DNA of 64,000 nt from Candidatus Uhrbacteria bacterium (GCA_023246355.1 JAHFIQ010000004.1:2697-66696), one strand, 5' to 3'. Positions 19,886 through 29,099 are shown, counted from the stretch's first letter. Translations and numbers: made by a program. Notes: generated by a model from the sequence alone, not told the origin.

Positions 19886-21847
19886 ATGTCCCATTCAGAA
19901 AAATATCTTGAACGTCATCATCCACGAACCCATACAGCTCGAATTATTTTGGTCGTCACTGTGACAATCGTGGTGCTTTGGGTGGTTGCCGTCATGGTGA
20001 GTGCCACACAGGTCTTTGCTCACATGCTGGATGCCAGAGACGCCCTCATCCAAGCAAAAGAAGAAGCCACAGCGTTTTCTTTTACCTCAGCCTCTTCATC
20101 GCTTGAGAGAGCAGAGGAGGCGTTTGCTGCCTCAGAGCGTTTTCTTCCGGTGCTCTCATCTGTTTCCTGGGTCCCGGTTGTGGGCCACACCATGGCCTCT
20201 GTTTCCGATGTGGTGAGATCGGGTCACGATTTGGTCGAGGCTCTTCAGCCTTTTTTTGATCTTGGTGAAGACGTGGTTCAGCTCTCTGGTCTTTCCGATG
20301 CCTATCTCGCGCAGATGAACGAAGGACTTGTCCCAACCGTGACGTTTGGAGATTTATCCACGCAGACCAAGCGGGCCATGCTCACGCGTTTGAGTGCCTC
20401 CGCCGAGGATTTGGATTTGCTGTTCGCACGATTGGATTTGGTTTCTCAAGAGCTGACGATTCTCGCACAAGAAAGTCCGATCGGTCCTGTGCTCACCCTC
20501 ATGGACCCATTACGTGTTCAAGTGAATGAACTGACAGCTGAGTTAGATTTTTTAAGGTCTCTCGTCCGCCTCTTACCGACGTTTGCAGGTTTGGAAGATG
20601 AAGCCACATCGCTTCTGCTCTTTTTGAATAACAATGAATTGCGTCCAGGGGGTGGCTTCATGGGAACCTACGGCGTGCTCAAGACCTCAGGAGGCGATAT
20701 CACGGAGCTTGAGACCACGGACGTCTATGCCCTGGACGATGCAGCTTCCGACACGGTGACACGGACAGCGCCCTCTCCCTTGCAGAGATACAACGAAACC
20801 ACAAAATGGTTTTTTCGCGATAGCAATTGGTCGCCAGATTTCGCGGTGTCTTCCATGACCGCCTCTGCAATGTTCTTGGAAGAAGGGGGCGTTCCTGTTG
20901 AAAACGTGATTGGGTTTACGCCAACCTTTGCAGCGGACCTGCTCGCCATCACAGGACCCATCACGGTCGGAGGACAAACATTTACACCTGAGAACGTTGC
21001 TGATGCTCTTGAGTATCAGGTCGAGTATGGGTATGCAGAGTCGGGGAAACCTGTTGCGCAACGAAAAGAAATCTTGGCTGATCTCGTGAACGAGATGAAA
21101 GCACGACTGTATGCGCTTCCATCCGCGTCTTGGCAGAAGGTCTTTGATGTGACCCAAAAGGCTCTCGATGAGAAGCAATTGCTGCTATTTAGTTCTGTAG
21201 GGGAGGTGGAAAATGTCATCACCCGATTAGGCTGGGGTGGAAGTGTGGATTCCACAACGGTCGATGCGCTCATGATCGTGGATGCCAATCTCGCGAGCTT
21301 AAAATCCGATCCTGCGGTGAAGCGTGAGGTGACCTACACCCTGGAAAAAGATTCATCAGATCAATGGATCGGCAGGGTTTCGATTCACTACATCCACACA
21401 GGCGATTTTGATTGGAAGACGACCAGGTATCGAACCTACACGCGAGTGTATCTGCCCGTTGGGACAGAGCTTATTGATGTGGAGGGGTCTTGGCTCAATG
21501 ACAAAACACAAAACCCCACTGGGGCAAAAGGACCGGTGGATGTGGAACAAGAGCTTGGACTCACATCGTTTGGCACGTTTACGTCCGTGGAGCCTGGAGA
21601 AGAAAATACGTTGACGTTTACCGTGGCGCTCAGTCCCCAGGTGATTGAGACGATTCACAATGGCGACTATGCACTCTCCGTTCTCAAGCAAGCAGGTGCA
21701 CAAAATAACGCATTGACGCTCGACTTGAATTTTGATAAGAATGTCACGCACGCGACACCATCAGAGGACGAAGGGGAGTGGGGCGACGCCGCCTATCGCT
21801 TGAACACTATTTTAGATCAGGATTTGCAGATAGGGATTAGGTTGTAG
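19886..21847 (+). CDS. DUF4012 domain protein
   Basis: NNNELRPGGGF, RDSNWSPDF, KQAG motifs. Confidence 0.88.
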   Translation: MSHSEKYLERHHPRTHTARIILVVTVTIVVLWVVAVMVSATQVFAHMLDARDALIQAKEEATAFSFTSASSSLERAEEAFAASERFLPVLSSVSWVPVVGHTMASVSDVVRSGHDLVEALQPFFDLGEDVVQLSGLSDAYLAQMNEGLVPTVTFGDLSTQTKRAMLTRLSASAEDLDLLFARLDLVSQELTILAQESPIGPVLTLMDPLRVQVNELTAELDFLRSLVRLLPTFAGLEDEATSLLLFLNNNELRPGGGFMGTYGVLKTSGGDITELETTDVYALDDAASDTVTRTAPSPLQRYNETTKWFFRDSNWSPDFAVSSMTASAMFLEEGGVPVENVIGFTPTFAADLLAITGPITVGGQTFTPENVADALEYQVEYGYAESGKPVAQRKEILADLVNEMKARLYALPSASWQKVFDVTQKALDEKQLLLFSSVGEVENVITRLGWGGSVDSTTVDALMIVDANLASLKSDPAVKREVTYTLEKDSSDQWIGRVSIHYIHTGDFDWKTTRYRTYTRVYLPVGTELIDVEGSWLNDKTQNPTGAKGPVDVEQELGLTSFGTFTSVEPGEENTLTFTVALSPQVIETIHNGDYALSVLKQAGAQNNALTLDLNFDKNVTHATPSEDEGEWGDAAYRLNTILDQDLQIGIRL

Positions 21848-21856
21848 GTTCGTTGT

Positions 21857-22024
21857 TGGCCAGCCAGGGATCTCCTCAAAAACACGGGGTCACCCACCCG
21901 TGTTTTATCCCACCGTTGGTTCTCGGTGCCCCTCGTAACTCGCCTGGCAAGAATGACAGAAGCAGACCGATGGACGCCTCAGCCAGGCTCCGTTACGGTT
22001 TTTTCGGAGATCCCTGGCTGGCCA
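21857..22024 (+). repeat. structured repeat family B, copy 2 (mreB 5' region)
   Basis: perfect 19-bp IR tggccagccagggatctcc/ggagatccctggctggcca. Confidence 0.85.
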
Positions 22025-22027
22025 CCT

Positions 22028-23032
22028 ATGTTTCAAAGAAAAATTGGGATTGATCTTGGGACCACCACCGTCCTCGTTTATGTTCCTAAACGAGGGATTA
22101 TTATTCATGAGCCATCTGTGGTGGCTGTGTCGGTTACGGATAAAAAAGTGCTGGCGGTCGGTAAGGAAGCAAAGGACATGTTGGGTCGCACACCAGACAC
22201 GATCGTTGCTAGACGTCCACTCAAGGATGGCGTGATCGCTGACTATCGAACGACTGAGGCCATGCTGCGCTACTTCATCAACAAGGCGTTGGGTGGTGTG
22301 AGACTTTTTCGACCTGAGGTGATGGTGGCGGTTCCCGGTGGCATCACGTCCACGGAGCGCCGCGCGGTCATCGATGCCACACTCGCGGCCGGTGCCAAAG
22401 CTGCCTACATCATCAAGGAGCCGATCGTGGCTGCCATCGGAGCCAACATTCCGATCGGCTCGCCTTCAGGCCATATGATTATCGACATCGGTGGGGGCAC
22501 GAGCGAGATGGCGGTCATTTCCTTGGGAGGCATTGTGGCTTCGGAATCTGTGCGCATCGGCGGGGTGAAGTTTGACTTGGCAATTTCTGAGTACATTCGG
22601 CGCAAGTACGGGCTTGCCATCGGTGAGCGAACAAGTGAAGACATTAAAATCCAAATTGGGGCGGCCATGTACTTACCCGACAAACTCGCCATGGAAGTGA
22701 AAGGCCGCGATATGGTCACAGGCCTGCCGAAAATTATCGAAGTGACATCAGATGACGTCACGGTTGCCATTCAAAACGAACTGGAGGGCATCATCAATAC
22801 GGTCAAAGAAGTTTTACACAAAACACCCCCAGAGCTTTCAGCCGACGTCATGGACAAAGGCATTGTGCTCTCCGGTGGCTCCTCGCAGCTGAGAAATCTT
22901 GATACACTGATTGCTGAGGCAACCGGTGTTCCAACGTTCGTGGCAGAAGATCCTCAACAATGCGTGGCCAAGGGAACAGGCATTGCGCTTGAAAATTTGG
23001 AAGCGTACAAGAGATCAATTTTTACATCGTAG
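22028..23032 (+). CDS. mreB: rod shape-determining protein MreB
   Basis: IGIDLGT, EPSVVA, DIGGGT. Confidence 0.97.
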   Translation: MFQRKIGIDLGTTTVLVYVPKRGIIIHEPSVVAVSVTDKKVLAVGKEAKDMLGRTPDTIVARRPLKDGVIADYRTTEAMLRYFINKALGGVRLFRPEVMVAVPGGITSTERRAVIDATLAAGAKAAYIIKEPIVAAIGANIPIGSPSGHMIIDIGGGTSEMAVISLGGIVASESVRIGGVKFDLAISEYIRRKYGLAIGERTSEDIKIQIGAAMYLPDKLAMEVKGRDMVTGLPKIIEVTSDDVTVAIQNELEGIINTVKEVLHKTPPELSADVMDKGIVLSGGSSQLRNLDTLIAEATGVPTFVAEDPQQCVAKGTGIALENLEAYKRSIFTS

Positions 23033-23034
23033 TT

Positions 23035-24201
23035 ATGCCAGCCGACTTGAATCTCCTTGCAACACAAACAACCGGAGACATTGTCTACGGCATCGACGCG
23101 TCGTCTGCAAACAAACAAAAGCGCACCGGAGTCGAGAACTATGCGCGAGAGCTAATTCAAGCTCTGAAATTGCAACCGCTCAAAGAACAGGAGCGCGTTG
23201 TTTTATATACACCTACGAAGTTAGATGATGAACTTGGCGTGCTTCCAGCTGGTTGGACCTCGCAGATTCTCCACTGGCCGCTCAAGCGTGGCTGGATGTC
23301 CTGCCGCGTGAGTTGGGAGATGCTGCGTCATCGGCCCAGCGTCTTGTTTGTTCCAGGTCAGGGGCTTCCAAGATTTGCAGGAGTGACTCTTACCACCATT
23401 CACGACCTTGCCTTTGCCCGCCGTCCTGATCTCTACGATCCATCCGTGCGTCGACGGCTCAAGCGCGTGACCAAACATGCGATCAAAAAAGCGACGCGGA
23501 TCTTGGTTCCTAGCCAAGCAACCAAACAAGATCTCGTTGATCTCTATCACGTGACATCTGATCGGATCGTTGTTACACCTGAAGCGGTGAACACCAAAGT
23601 GTTTCATCCTTACTCACCAGAGGACGCTCGAGTTACGCTACAACAGCATCGTCTTGGTGCAAATTTTTTTCTCACCGTCGGCAGGCTCGAAAAGAAAAAG
23701 AATCTCACGACCCTGATTCGAGCCTTTGAGTTGTTCAAGAGCCGTCGGGGAATGGGCGATCCGTTTGAGCTGTTGCTCGTGGGAGAGCCAGGCTTCGGCT
23801 ACACAGAAATTAAAAAGTATATCGATCTTTCTCCTTACAAAAATCAAATTCATGAACTCGGCTATCTTCCCGATGAGGAAGTCGCGCCACTCATGAGTGC
23901 GGCAACCGCGTATGTGTTTCCGTCTTGGTATGAAGGCTTTGGGATTCCGAATCTGGAAGCCATGCTTGCTGGGACAACACTTATCACCTCGGACATCGAA
24001 GCGCATCGTGAAGTCGTTGGCGACGCAGGCTTGCTTGTTGCCCCGGGTGAACCAGAGGCTTGGGCACAAGCTCTCGCGCGAGTCGTCAAAGAGGGAAGTT
24101 TGCGCGCTGAGCTTGTTGAGCGTGGCAAACAAAGAGTCATGGGTTTTTCTTGGCAGAAGACAGCAGCAATGACACTGGACAGCTTGAGATCTTTGGTGTA
24201 G
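23035..24201 (+). CDS. glycosyltransferase family 4
   Basis: TGVENY, TIHDL, YEGFGIPNLEAM. Confidence 0.93.
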   Translation: MPADLNLLATQTTGDIVYGIDASSANKQKRTGVENYARELIQALKLQPLKEQERVVLYTPTKLDDELGVLPAGWTSQILHWPLKRGWMSCRVSWEMLRHRPSVLFVPGQGLPRFAGVTLTTIHDLAFARRPDLYDPSVRRRLKRVTKHAIKKATRILVPSQATKQDLVDLYHVTSDRIVVTPEAVNTKVFHPYSPEDARVTLQQHRLGANFFLTVGRLEKKKNLTTLIRAFELFKSRRGMGDPFELLLVGEPGFGYTEIKKYIDLSPYKNQIHELGYLPDEEVAPLMSAATAYVFPSWYEGFGIPNLEAMLAGTTLITSDIEAHREVVGDAGLLVAPGEPEAWAQALARVVKEGSLRAELVERGKQRVMGFSWQKTAAMTLDSLRSLV

Positions 24202-24212
24202 TGTCAGGGATT

Positions 24213-24989
24213 ATGGACGAACTCAAAAAAGAACTGCAACACTTGGGGCTTTCTGATAAGGAAGCAAAGGTGTACTTGGCTGCCCTTGAACTTGGCCCAT
24301 CGCCTGTCCAGGACATCTCCCATAAAGCCCATGTGAACCGGGCGACGACCTATGTGATGATTGAGTCATTGGCTTCGCGCGGGCTCATGTCAACCTTTCA
24401 AAAAGGCAAGAAACGTTTTTACGTCTCCGAGAGTCCTGATCGACTGCTCTCGATCATTCAAATCCAGCAAAAAGAATTGGCAGAAAAAGAATCAGAGTTG
24501 CAAGGCGTGATGCCGCTGCTCACCAGCCTCTACAATGCCGAAGGTGCCAAGCCGCAGATTCGATACTTGGAAGGCATGGAAGGCGTGAAAACCGTTCGGG
24601 CGATTTTTGAAAAGCTGCCTGGTGACTTTATCGAGATCGCGCCACTGGACGATGTCCATGAAACAAAAGAGTTAATGGGAGAAGGGCGCGAAGAACATCA
24701 TGCGGTGCTACGACAGAAAGGCGCCAAGTATCGCGTGCTCGCCATCACCAAAAATACCGACCCGATGTGTTTGCCTGACATGGGAGAAGGGGAATGGCGC
24801 ATGCTGCCACCGGAAAAGTTTCCCATTCATGGGAGCATCGTGGTGCGTCGAGATTATGTGTTCCTGTTCTCATATCGTTCGTCGATTTTGTCCGTTGTGA
24901 TTCGTTCGCAGGAAATTGCCGATGCGATCCGTGCCCTGTTTGCCCTGGCGTGGGATGGGGCAAAGGGTTATCCCTCAAAGGGTTGTTAA
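24213..24989 (+). CDS. TrmB-family transcriptional regulator
   Basis: LGLSDKEAKVYLAALELG HTH; YLEGMEG. Confidence 0.9.
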   Translation: MDELKKELQHLGLSDKEAKVYLAALELGPSPVQDISHKAHVNRATTYVMIESLASRGLMSTFQKGKKRFYVSESPDRLLSIIQIQQKELAEKESELQGVMPLLTSLYNAEGAKPQIRYLEGMEGVKTVRAIFEKLPGDFIEIAPLDDVHETKELMGEGREEHHAVLRQKGAKYRVLAITKNTDPMCLPDMGEGEWRMLPPEKFPIHGSIVVRRDYVFLFSYRSSILSVVIRSQEIADAIRALFALAWDGAKGYPSKGC

Positions 24990-25020
24990 AAAGAAGACAG
25001 ACCTGCGTGGTCTGTTTTTC
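24988..25020. terminator. bidirectional terminator
   Basis: aaaaagaagacagacc-tgcgt-ggtctgtttttc. Confidence 0.75.
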
Positions 25021-25291
25021 GTTTCGTCTGTTGGTCGATGGAGTGGGGATGTGGAGAGAACGTGAGAGTGAGAGTTGTCTCTTGCTAGCTGCCGCCTGGG
25101 CAGATGTAGCAAGGGCAGAACCGCCTGGGATCTTCGTCGACAGCGTGTCGACGAGTCCTGGCCAACCGTGTTGCACGGAAGGCACAAGCGGAATGCAACT
25201 CATTCATCACCATCCTCTCTATCTCCATCACATCCTCCTCACCTTTGTCTGTCCGTTGGACTTATTGTTCGCCGCTCATGTTGAGAAACGA
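24988..25291 (-). ncRNA. putative stand-alone structured RNA (or mRNA of a 47-aa ORF at 25085-25228)
   Basis: promoter TTGACG-N17-TAGTTT (25326-25298), several hairpins, terminator. Confidence 0.45.
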
Positions 25292-25428
25292 CAAGACAAA
25301 CTAACAAGAAGGCTGGTTCTCGTCAAGAGATTCTGTTGGCGAACGTTGGCAAACAAAAAACTCCGACGACTGTCGAAGTTTTTTGCTACTCCTTGGGAGA
25401 GAGTTGGGTAATGAAACCCTCGAAGGGT

Positions 25429-25507
25429 AGTAGCAAGTAGTTAGTAGCAAGTAGCATGTATGTTCACTCCGAAAATACTTGCTACGTGCTACGTGATACT
25501 TGCTACT
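25429..25507. repeat. inverted heptamer hairpin element, empty copy
   Basis: nearly identical to the 31771-31851 copy. Confidence 0.9.
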
Positions 25508-25603
25508 GCTCTCAGAGCGTCGCCCGACACGTCCTTTCCCCAGCAATGGTTTGAGAGCGTGTCAGGCAGAGAGCGCTAGTCACGTCGTTCGCGAACGACG
25601 TGA

Positions 25604-25732
25604 CTAGATGATGCCGCGCAGGTGCGGGCCTTCCTCGAAGAGGAGCTTGATCGCGTAGACGGCGGAGAAGGCCATCATCGCATAGAGGACATGCTCGAGC
25701 TCGCACTTCGCGATCAGTTCAATGAAATACAT
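25604..25732 (-). CDS. 42-aa small hydrophobic protein (not in ORF track)
   Basis: AGGAGGT RBS; MYFIELIAKCELEHVLYAMMAFSAVYAIKLLFEEGPHLRGII; GC3-biased codons. Confidence 0.65.
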   Translation of the reverse strand: MYFIELIAKCELEHVLYAMMAFSAVYAIKLLFEEGPHLRGII

Positions 25733-25744
25733 GGGGACCTCCTA

Positions 25745-25812
25745 GTCCTAGCAGGACACGACCGGGGTCATGTTCTCTTAGGACTCGGCGATCGATTTCG
25801 TGTCGATCGCCG
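25745..25812 (-). repeat. two-hairpin intergenic motif, copy 1
   Basis: homologous to 27262-27337 and 27813-27880, with compensatory changes. Confidence 0.85.
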
Positions 25813-25956
25813 TCCGTTGGTTTCTCACCGTGGAGGTTCTGCTCCCTCTGGGCTCACCGTCCGGTGGCCGAAGTTCTCCATTGCTGGATCGCTTCGACCA
25901 CCGGCATCGCAGGTGACGCGCCTGGTTTGAGTCCAGGAACTTGCGGCCGCGGGGAC

Positions 25957-27216
25957 CTACTTCTTCTTGCCCGCCGACTGCATGTCGTTGCGGATCTGGC
26001 GATCCTTCTCGGCGCGCGCTGCCATCTTTGCCAGCTTCCACGCCGGGGCGCCATTGCCGCTCCCGCCGGTCGCACCGCCGTTGCCGACGACGTCTCCGAA
26101 TCGCGGACGCAGGTTCCGGCTGGCCGCCTGGTACTTCAGCTCCTCGTCCATCATCGTCCGCATGGTCTCCTTGAGGGAGTACCCGCGGCCGAAGCGACGG
26201 ATGCAACGCTCGCCGAACGCGTGCCGCCACAGGTCTTTCGACCCGATGCGGCTTCCGTTCTGACGCTCGCGCATCGCACCGATTGGCGGCACCTGGGCCA
26301 CCGACTCGAGCACGAGGTTGCCGCATCCGCAGACGCACCGGAACGCGAGTCCCGACGCGGTGCTGATTCGACCGAAGGGATCGCTCCCCTCGGGCTTCAC
26401 GCTGGGGATCACCAGGATCAGCGGCGCGGACGCAGGGGAGGCCGACTTGCGGGCGGGGAGGACGAGGCCGGGCTTCACGGTCGCCTTGGGCTTGCGGCTC
26501 TCGACGATCTCGCTCACGCGGGCCTGGAGGGCACCCGCGCTGCGGAACAGGAGATCGACACCGAAGCCCGAGAGCTCCGACGGCGTTTCTCCATTCCACC
26601 CGATCACCTTCACGACCTCGCGGTCGTCGGTGAGACGGGCGAGCTCGTCGGCGGCCTTGCACGCGGCGGTGACCGCGGAGAGGTAGTCGGCCTCCATGGC
26701 GCGGGGGTGATCGCTCCACCTCTCCATGATCAGGTCGGTGCGGCTGAAGCCGAACTGCCGGACCAGGACGTGGTCGTCGATCTCATTCACCGCGTCCGCG
26801 AGGCGCGAGAGCCTGTCCGTGTAGACCGCCTCGCCGACGGTGTCGTCGTCGAACTCGTACTCGCTTTCCTCGCTGTCGGCCTCGATCTCCTCGTCGGACG
26901 CCTCTTCCCAGCTCTCGTACGAGCCGGCGAAGTTGTCCCACTCGGTGGCCGTCAGGTAGACCTCGCGGGACTGGACGGACGCGCTCGCGCGCATGCCGCC
27001 GTTCTGCCGACGGTTCAGCTCGCGCTGCCACGCCACGTCCTGCAGAGCCTGGTCCTCGTCGACCATGTCGAGGTTCTCGAGCGCGATGTCCGAGTAGTCG
27101 GGCGAGTTCGCGTCGCCTTCGCTCGTGACGTGGGAAGTGATCCCACGGCGATTGAACTTGATGCCGAGTTCGCGCACGCCTTCGGAGGCGAGGATGGGGC
27201 TGGGGGATCGGGACAT
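25957..27216 (-). CDS. hypothetical protein (acidic N-half, CxCGC motif, basic C-tail)
   Basis: 419 aa, AGGAG RBS, strong GC3 bias. Confidence 0.8.
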   Translation of the reverse strand: MSRSPSPILASEGVRELGIKFNRRGITSHVTSEGDANSPDYSDIALENLDMVDEDQALQDVAWQRELNRRQNGGMRASASVQSREVYLTATEWDNFAGSYESWEEASDEEIEADSEESEYEFDDDTVGEAVYTDRLSRLADAVNEIDDHVLVRQFGFSRTDLIMERWSDHPRAMEADYLSAVTAACKAADELARLTDDREVVKVIGWNGETPSELSGFGVDLLFRSAGALQARVSEIVESRKPKATVKPGLVLPARKSASPASAPLILVIPSVKPEGSDPFGRISTASGLAFRCVCGCGNLVLESVAQVPPIGAMRERQNGSRIGSKDLWRHAFGERCIRRFGRGYSLKETMRTMMDEELKYQAASRNLRPRFGDVVGNGGATGGSGNGAPAWKLAKMAARAEKDRQIRNDMQSAGKKK

Positions 27217-27261
27217 GAGAATCTCCTGGTTCAGTGGGGGGGGGAAGTAACCTTGGGCAAA

Positions 27262-27337
27262 GCCCTAGCAGTTCACGATTTAAGATCATGGACTCTTAGG
27301 GCTGGGCGAGTCGACTCACGTACGAATCGATCGCCCA
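27262..27337 (-). repeat. two-hairpin intergenic motif, copy 2
   Basis: gccctagcag..cacga..tcatg..ctcttagggc plus ggcga..tcgcc hairpin. Confidence 0.8.
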
Positions 27338-27394
27338 CCACGTCGCTCGCGAGCGACGTGGCCGTCGTTCCCTTCGCCGTTGGCGTCTAGCCGT

Positions 27395-27601
27395 TCATCG
27401 AGCGGTCGCGGTCTGCAGGCGGCGGGCCTGCTCCATGCGGCGGACGAAGCGGGGAAGGATCACGGGGACGGCGGGGCGCGGCGGCGGGGTGGTGCCGGTG
27501 CAGAAGATCATGCCGGTCGTGAGAAAACGATCGGCGTCCTCGTCGGTGAAGAAGCGGTCGGTGGCGCGGGCCACCATGAGGATCGTGGGGGAAGGGGGCA
27601 T
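27395..27601 (-). CDS. 68-aa hypothetical protein
   Basis: GGGGAG RBS; MPPSPTILMVARATDRFFTDEDADRF... Confidence 0.6.
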   Translation of the reverse strand: MPPSPTILMVARATDRFFTDEDADRFLTTGMIFCTGTTPPPRPAVPVILPRFVRRMEQARRLQTATAR

Positions 27602-27812
27602 GGGAAGACTCCCCTGGTCGGTTGGTTCGGGTCCGACGCAGGAATTCGGAGAAGAATGGTCCAGTGACCTACCCGAAGGTTGGTGTAGACCTGGAACAAC
27701 GGGCATATGGATCAAGTAAGCGTAAGCCTAGTTGGGCCATTTGTTGTTCCTCCTCACGACCGCTTTTGGCGGCCAGAGGTTTCTCTCTCCTCCGAGTTCC
27801 TGTGTCAGATTT

Positions 27813-27880
27813 CCCTAGCAGGACACGATCATCGATCATGTTCTCTTAGGGTTCGGCGATCAATTTCGTGTTGATCGCCG
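27813..27880 (-). repeat. two-hairpin intergenic motif, copy 3
   Basis: ccctagcaggacacga..tcatgttctcttaggg plus cggcgatcaa/ttgatcgccg. Confidence 0.85.
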
Positions 27881-28012
27881 CCCGTGTGCACCTAGCGTTT
27901 TTTCGGAAGGAGCAGGTGCGCTCCTTCCAACCACCCTTTCGGTTTCCGTTGTTCGCATCCTGTCTGGGACGCGGTAACGGTGGGCTGTGGTGCCCGTGTT
28001 GCTCGCCTCGCG

Positions 28013-28657
28013 CTAGCCGTTGGTTCCGGTTCCTTCGCCCTCGTCCGCCTCGTCCTCATCGGACTCGGCGGGTTCGGGGGCGGCGGTTCCGGCGGCGATC
28101 GCGGCGGCCTCGGCGCGGCGGGCTTCCTCGAGGTCGGCCTTGAACTGCGCGTAGCCTTCCTCGCCGGCGATGAGCTCGAGGATCTGCAGCGAGGTGCGGA
28201 TGTGGAGGCCGTGCTTGCCGATGATCGCGCGCGCGACGGTCTTCTCGGTCTCCTGCGTCGGTGCGTTGAACACCGGCGCGAGGGTCTCGATCAGCACGTC
28301 ACGCTCGCCACGACCGAGCTTCACCGGGCGACCCTCGGGGGTCTTCTTGTCGAGCGCCACGCCTTCCTTGGCCGCCTTCATCTCCGGGATCCAGCTCTGG
28401 AAGTACCACTCGCGGCTGCCGGCTTCGAGCTCGACCTTGGCCATGGCCCACCCGATCTGCACGATCGCGAAGGCGGACTGGCGGGACGAGATCGCGAAGT
28501 CGAACAGCTTCTGTCCGTGGTCCTTGAGCGGCTCGTAGAGACCGACGATGAGTTGGACCGCGAGGTCCGCTTCGTCGCGGGACACCACGGGCGTGGTCTG
28601 GCGCGGAGCCTGGCGGGGGGCGACGGCACTGTTGCGGGTCGGGAGCGTGAGAGACAT
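28013..28657 (-). CDS. hypothetical protein
   Basis: 214 aa, AGGAG RBS, GC3 bias, acidic tail. Confidence 0.8.
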   Translation of the reverse strand: MSLTLPTRNSAVAPRQAPRQTTPVVSRDEADLAVQLIVGLYEPLKDHGQKLFDFAISSRQSAFAIVQIGWAMAKVELEAGSREWYFQSWIPEMKAAKEGVALDKKTPEGRPVKLGRGERDVLIETLAPVFNAPTQETEKTVARAIIGKHGLHIRTSLQILELIAGEEGYAQFKADLEEARRAEAAAIAAGTAAPEPAESDEDEADEGEGTGTNG

Positions 28658-29099
28658 TGGGACTCCTGTTCTTGCGGTTGCGGCCGTGTGGCCAGGGAAC
28701 TGAATCGCTCGACGGTCAGAAATGATCCCGTCAGCCTACTGGAGGCCAGCCGTCGCCCTTGCGGGCTATGGCTGGTAAATAGTGGTGCATTGACCGATCC
28801 GAGGATCTGGTGTGCACCGTGGAGATCGGGTGTGTGGGGTGAGTGAGCCAAGGCCCAGTCAATCCACTTGATCTCCTCCGCTCATCGCGGCCGAAGCGTT
28901 GATGAGACGGTTTTACTCTCTCCTCCATGAGGCTGATGGCATCAGAACAAAAACCGGTTGTTGAATACATCGTCCAGAGAGAGATGCGTACAACAACCGG
29001 CCTTTGTGAAGGTTACGATTGATGGCCATTTACTTGGCCTGAGTACTCTCTCCCCAGAAAGTGTTTCGTTGTAAGCTTTGTGTGATCTTGTATGGACGC

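Noticed and set aside
25745-27880. Island motif as integron attC sites
   Set aside because: Ends read CCTAAG/GCTAGG rather than RYYYAAC/GTTRRRY, the motifs are not directly after stop codons, and there is no intI in the window.
25745-27880. Island motif as a hammerhead, hairpin or pistol ribozyme
   Set aside because: No CUGANGA+GAAA core in the right order. The AGAA/GUC resemblance to hairpin loop A is lost in copy 2, and no pistol pseudoknot was found.
25864-28846. Long plus-strand ORFs (25864-27390, 27980-28846) and 25778-26719
   Set aside because: Shadow ORFs from high GC3. SDs, promoter and codon bias support the chosen minus-strand frames.
28900-29060. Glycine riboswitch (GGAGAG...CUCAGG)
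   Set aside because: The intervening CCGAAG and P2/P3 architecture are absent, and the downstream genes are unrelated.
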